A DNA stretch of 64,000 nucleotides from Tolypothrix carrinoi HA7290-LM1. GTDB lineage: Bacteria; Cyanobacteriota; Cyanobacteriia; Cyanobacteriales; Nostocaceae. Position 1 is the first letter of the stretch. Every line of letters begins with the position of its first letter. The notes beneath the pieces were generated by a model, which ran no database searches, had not been told where the DNA came from, and saw only the letters and a list, made by a program, of their open reading frames with translations. Both the position numbers and the translations under genes were made by a program. Positions 59,845-64,000 of this stretch are shown here, one piece after another. The DNA lies in NCBI GenBank assembly GCA_019358935.1, contig JAHHIK010000007.1, positions 32,001 to 96,000 on the forward strand, read 5' to 3'.

Positions 59845-61281
59845 CTAGCGGGTCGCTGCCTCGATCGGTTGTTTCCACACCGCAGCAGCATAGAGCGAGT
59901 TCTCAAAATCGGGGGCGATATCGCCTGTGATACGTGCCTCATGATGCGCCCAGTCCTCAAAGAACAAGTCGTGACTGATGCACGATACTATTGCAGGTAT
60001 GTCGCGGCGGATGCTAAATATGTCACCAATTGGCAAGCCAAAGCTGACGAAACCAGCAGGATTAAATACGTGAATGTCTTTCAGGTAAGGGGCAGTGCCA
60101 GGTACTTTTTCTAGGTATTCGCGGGCGCTACCGAAGTAAGGGTGCGTTCCCAAATAGTCGTCGCGCAGGTCTTCTGGTGGCTCGTAGCGATCGCGCCAGA
60201 GGGCAATGTGCTGGGCAAAGTCGGCTAGTTCGGGACGCTTTGTTGGGTCAACGAAGTAACCAGTGCCAGCGATCGCAAAATCAAACTCGAAAACCTCATC
60301 ATTCACCTGGGTGACAATGCGATCACCCATTTCCCGTGCCGATTTCCAAGGTGCAGATAGGTGTATGTGAAAGTTCGGGAAGGCGATCGCTCGCTCAATC
60401 GCGTTCCGTGATGGCGTGGAGCCTGCTTGACGAAAGCGCCAAGCTTGGAACCATCGGGCTGCATCGGGTAGTTGGGGATAGTTGCAGTAAGCACCAGGGT
60501 ATTCCCGTATCCGAATTACTGGTAGAGATGCGATCGCCGATCGCCGTGAAAACAGGTGTACTGCCTGAGCTCCCGATTCCAGCGCCACTCCTGCTGCATC
60601 GAAAGCTGAAGCCGCCGCACCCAGCACCGCCACAGTCTTACCGCGCAGTGCTTCAAAATCGATGGCATCGGCGGTATGTGCGTACAGCGTGCGTGGTAAG
60701 TCAGCCAGTACTAGAGGTATGTATGGGCCACCAGTGCCAGCCACGCCATTGGCGAAGATAATTTTGCGCGTAGTCTCTACCTGCGGGACATCGTTTACCT
60801 CAAGGTGTAGGCGGAAGAAACCTGCGGCTGGCTCAATCCGCACCAACTTCGTCCGGTAACGAACCTGGATACCGAGGAAGTGCCGATACCAACTGAGGTA
60901 CTCAGCCCATGTCACTCGCCCAATGCGATCGATCGCCGCGTAGGCTTCCGCACCGTGCCGCGCTTCATACCAGGCTTGAAAGGATAATTCTGGGATGCCT
61001 AGTTCTGGACCAGGCACATTTTTCGGCGTGCGGAGCTTTTCCATCCGCGCTCGCGTCAGCCACACGCCTGCATGAGCCTCGTCATCAGCTGCATCGATCG
61101 CCGTCACGCGACCGATCCCAGCACGCCGTAGCGCAAATACAAAGGTGCTACCACTGCCGCTGCCACCTATTATAGTGACATTGTGATCGATGCCAGGGCG
61201 ATCGGGCACCCAGTTTTCGGGATCGGGACCGAGCAGGCGTAGTGCCTCGCGGGCAGTAAAATCGGAATTGCTCGTTGTCAT
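59845..61281 (-). CDS. FAD/NAD(P)-dependent flavoprotein monooxygenase-like protein
   Basis: IIGGSGSG, LRTPK, VAVLGAAASAFD, IAGTGY. Confidence 0.85.
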   Translation of the reverse strand: MTTSNSDFTAREALRLLGPDPENWVPDRPGIDHNVTIIGGSGSGSTFVFALRRAGIGRVTAIDAADDEAHAGVWLTRARMEKLRTPKNVPGPELGIPELSFQAWYEARHGAEAYAAIDRIGRVTWAEYLSWYRHFLGIQVRYRTKLVRIEPAAGFFRLHLEVNDVPQVETTRKIIFANGVAGTGGPYIPLVLADLPRTLYAHTADAIDFEALRGKTVAVLGAAASAFDAAGVALESGAQAVHLFSRRSAIASLPVIRIREYPGAYCNYPQLPDAARWFQAWRFRQAGSTPSRNAIERAIAFPNFHIHLSAPWKSAREMGDRIVTQVNDEVFEFDFAIAGTGYFVDPTKRPELADFAQHIALWRDRYEPPEDLRDDYLGTHPYFGSAREYLEKVPGTAPYLKDIHVFNPAGFVSFGLPIGDIFSIRRDIPAIVSCISHDLFFEDWAHHEARITGDIAPDFENSLYAAAVWKQPIEAATR

Positions 61282-61341
61282 GTTGATCTCCTCATATCTC
61301 GTCGCGATGGATGGAAGAATCGGAATAGCATCTTTTGGACT

Positions 61342-62091
61342 TCAAATCTGTGCCATACCGCCATCAACAAACAACTCAATGCCATTCACAAAGCTGCTGT
61401 CGGCTGAAGCGAGAAAGACAACGGCTTTGGCAATCTCATCGGGTTTGCCGACTCGTCCCAGTGGGATGGTGCTAGCTTGGCTGTCCACGAATTCTTGCAA
61501 CTGCTGGTCATTCAGTCCCAAATGATCGTAACCAGGAGTCGGAACCACACCAGGGCTAATGGCATTCACTCGGATCTTGCGTTCTCTGAGGTCGAGTATC
61601 CAATTCCGAGCAAATGATCTCACGGCGGCTTTGGTGGCGCTGTAAACACTGAAAGCTGGCGTACCTTTTATAGAAGCAGTCGAAGCATTCAGGATAATAG
61701 AAGCGCCCTCTGGCAACAGTGGCAGCGCCTTTTGTACGGTGAACAGCAAACCTTTGACGTTTATGTTGAATGTTTTGTCAAAGTGTTCCTCAGTGATTGC
61801 TCCAAGTGGGGCAATTTGTCCACCGCCAGCATTAGCGAAGATGATATCGAGGTGTCCTTGCTCTTGCTTAATGGTGGCAAACAGACGATCGAGGTCTGCC
61901 AGATTAGAAACATCGCTCTGCACAGCCGTAACATTTTTTCCAATGGCTTCTACAGCAGCATCTAGTTCGACTTGGCGACGACCCGTGATGTAGACATAGG
62001 CACCTTCAGCAACAAACTGTTTGGCTGTGGCAAGACCGATACCACTGTTGCCACCCGTGACAAGGGCGATTTTTCCTTCTAGTTTTTTCAT
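61342..62091 (-). CDS. SDR-family oxidoreductase
   Basis: [27 protein letters not shown]. Confidence 0.93.
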   Translation of the reverse strand: MKKLEGKIALVTGGNSGIGLATAKQFVAEGAYVYITGRRQVELDAAVEAIGKNVTAVQSDVSNLADLDRLFATIKQEQGHLDIIFANAGGGQIAPLGAITEEHFDKTFNINVKGLLFTVQKALPLLPEGASIILNASTASIKGTPAFSVYSATKAAVRSFARNWILDLRERKIRVNAISPGVVPTPGYDHLGLNDQQLQEFVDSQASTIPLGRVGKPDEIAKAVVFLASADSSFVNGIELFVDGGMAQI

Positions 62092-62243
62092 AGGTTAATC
62101 TGATGGGGATTCTGGATTTGTGTGAACCATTGAAGTGTTATCGGTTCTGTTGCATCACAGCTTTGAGAACAGTAGATTTAACCCTTCATTCATTGTTGGA
62201 ACCAGTTGGGGCAAGGGCTGTATCTTAACAAGCGTGCCATTTC

Positions 62244-62783
62244 TTACATCTCCTTTGATTGATCTGCTTGATGACGCTGCTTGAGACCTACAACGAGGTC
62301 AGTCACTTGACGTTGAGCCTCTGCGCTCAGTGAGTCAAAGTCGTCTAAGAAGAATTGACGTTCTAGCGTTAACTTCCGGGTATTGAGTAACCCTTCGATC
62401 TGCCAACCTTCGTCGCGTTTCGTTACAACGTATAGCGGCAGCGAATCTCGTGACGGTGAAGTTTCGGTTTGTCCGGGCAGTATTACCCTGATAACTACGA
62501 GCATGAGCGCGAGTTGCGAGTTCACGAAGCGGACAAAATTCACCTCACCCTCCAGGCGTGTTCCTTTGACAACTGTGTCGAACGCTTGCTGATGAAATGC
62601 AGCGATTTCTTTTCGACCCTTGAGATGCGTGCCCTCGAACGTGATGAAATCGGCAGTTTCGCTGAACGGGGCAGCGAAGCCTTCGCCGCTACCTCGATTC
62701 CAAGCATCAATCATCTGGCGATGGAAAGCACGGATTGCCGACTCGTCAGCAGTAGTGGTGGTTTGAGCTGTTTGTAAATTCAT
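62244..62783 (-). CDS. SgcJ/EcaC-family NTF2-like protein
   Basis: DAWNRGSGEGFAAPF, GRKEIAAFH, GWQI. Confidence 0.8.
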   Translation of the reverse strand: MNLQTAQTTTTADESAIRAFHRQMIDAWNRGSGEGFAAPFSETADFITFEGTHLKGRKEIAAFHQQAFDTVVKGTRLEGEVNFVRFVNSQLALMLVVIRVILPGQTETSPSRDSLPLYVVTKRDEGWQIEGLLNTRKLTLERQFFLDDFDSLSAEAQRQVTDLVVGLKQRHQADQSKEM

Positions 62784-62829
62784 AGTTTTGAGTTTTCTTT
62801 TTAAGTGATAGACCAGTTCTCAAGCGGCA

Positions 62830-62956
62830 TAGAGGGTGTTATGAACTCTGAAAATCATCGGCTCTGTGAGCCAGTTCCAATCATTCCTCGAAAATCGCAA
62901 CGAGGGCTGAATTTCGCTTCTGGACTAGGTTATATAGAAGTTCATAACACCCTCTA
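62830..62956. mobile_element. MITE with perfect 18-bp terminal inverted repeats
   Basis: TAGAGGGTGTTATGAACT...AGTTCATAACACCCTCTA. Confidence 0.75.
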
Positions 62957-62999
62957 AGGGAGATATCCAGGTACACCCAGGATTTCGTCGCCAATTTCG

Positions 63000-64000
63000 C
63001 TAGAGATGCGATTGAACTTGGACATTAAGTTTATTGGCAATGCTTTGTGAGGTACGCTCCGCTTTAATTAAATCTGCTGCTTTTTCACCAATCATGATGG
63101 TCGGTGCGTTCGTATTTCCCGTGGTGATTGTTGGCATGATGGAAGCATCAACAACTCGCAATCCCTCAACCCCATGTACCCGCAACTCAGGATCGACCAC
63201 TGCCATTGGGTCAATGCCCATTTTGCAAGTGCCAACCGGATGCCACACAGTGCTGCAAGTGTCCCGAATGTAAGCTTCGAGTGCTGCATCACTCTGAACG
63301 TGGGAACCTGGAGCAATCTCCTCACCATGAAAATTATCAAAGGCACTGGTCTGAAACAATTGGCGGATTAATTTAACTCCCTCAACCAACTTTTGCACAT
63401 CGGCTTGACTTTGTAGATAATTCATCCGAATGGTTGGTGGATCTTTGGGGTCAGGCGATCGCAAAGTGACGCTGCCAATATTTTGGAAACGGGTAAGAGA
63501 GACTGCACCTGTAAATCCAAAATCAGCAGGAGTATAACCAGGTGACAAGAATTGAATGGGGCCGAAAAAGAACTGCAAATCGGGTGCAGACTCCACATTG
63601 CCCTTGCTATGCAAAAATAATCCGGCTTCAACTCCATTACTGGTGATGGCAGGGTGTATATCTTGAGTAACTTCTTGAACGACACAAGTGAGAATGTGAT
63701 CCTGAAGGTTTTGACCAACCCCCGGCAAATCTGCAACGACAGAAATTCCCATCGCTTGCAGATATTCTGCATCCCCAATACCAGAAAGCATTAGCAGTTT
63801 GGGCGAATCAAACGCACCCGCACTTAAAATCACTTCCTGGTTGACTCTGACCTGGTGGAGCCTACTTTCATGCAGATATTCCACTCCCACACAGCGAGTG
63901 CCTTCAAACAGCAATCGCGTCACCAATGCCCCTGTCGTTACGGTCAAATTGGGACGATGGAAAATGGGTAGAAGAAAAGCAGCAGCAGCACTGTGCCGTT
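63000..64000 (-). CDS. GMC-family oxidoreductase (choline dehydrogenase-like), C-terminal part
   Basis: ILSAGAFDSPKLLMLSGIG, VGQNLQDH, WHPVGTCKMG, LRVVDASIMP, GNTNAP; the start lies beyond the window. Confidence 0.92.
   Translation of the reverse strand, partial: RHSAAAAFLLPIFHRPNLTVTTGALVTRLLFEGTRCVGVEYLHESRLHQVRVNQEVILSAGAFDSPKLLMLSGIGDAEYLQAMGISVVADLPGVGQNLQDHILTCVVQEVTQDIHPAITSNGVEAGLFLHSKGNVESAPDLQFFFGPIQFLSPGYTPADFGFTGAVSLTRFQNIGSVTLRSPDPKDPPTIRMNYLQSQADVQKLVEGVKLIRQLFQTSAFDNFHGEEIAPGSHVQSDAALEAYIRDTCSTVWHPVGTCKMGIDPMAVVDPELRVHGVEGLRVVDASIMPTITTGNTNAPTIMIGEKAADLIKAERTSQSIANKLNVQVQSHL

Noticed and set aside
59679..59960. N-terminal extension of the esterase ORF as given in the ORF track
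   Set aside because: It overlaps the upstream gene, and a strong RBS precedes the ATG at 59678.

Overview
This window looks like part of a large plasmid (or integrated plasmid) from a filamentous cyanobacterium, probably Nostocales. The basis is frequent HIP1 GCGATCGC sites, a CyRepA1-type replicase, DevBC-type exporter genes and Nostoc-type short repeats. From left to right: (1) the 5' end of a filamentous-haemagglutinin-type gene and an unannotated 51-aa Cys-tipped peptide; (2) a primase-helicase replication protein with small regulators; (3) a co-oriented operon of unknown membrane/coiled-coil proteins ending in a membrane-anchored P-loop ATPase; (4) a ~13.6-kb insert, bracketed by a degenerate 74-bp direct repeat, carrying a single-module KS-AT-DH-MT-ER-KR-ACP-TE polyketide synthase, a TauD-family dioxygenase and devB/devC without devA; (5) parA-parB, an SF1 helicase, a MobV relaxase fusion, a SNF2 ATPase and a tyrosine recombinase; (6) IS/MITE debris and a decaying pentose-phosphate/respiration island; (7) a minus-strand redox/detoxification operon. 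The most striking signal is a perfect 20-bp palindrome, TGCCAATAACGTTATTGGCA. It occurs nine times in frame inside parB (about 45-bp period, read as ANNVIG) and five more times around the par locus. It is a candidate centromere (parS array) written into the coding sequence of its own binding protein. Functional calls rest on motif recognition only; no searches were run.
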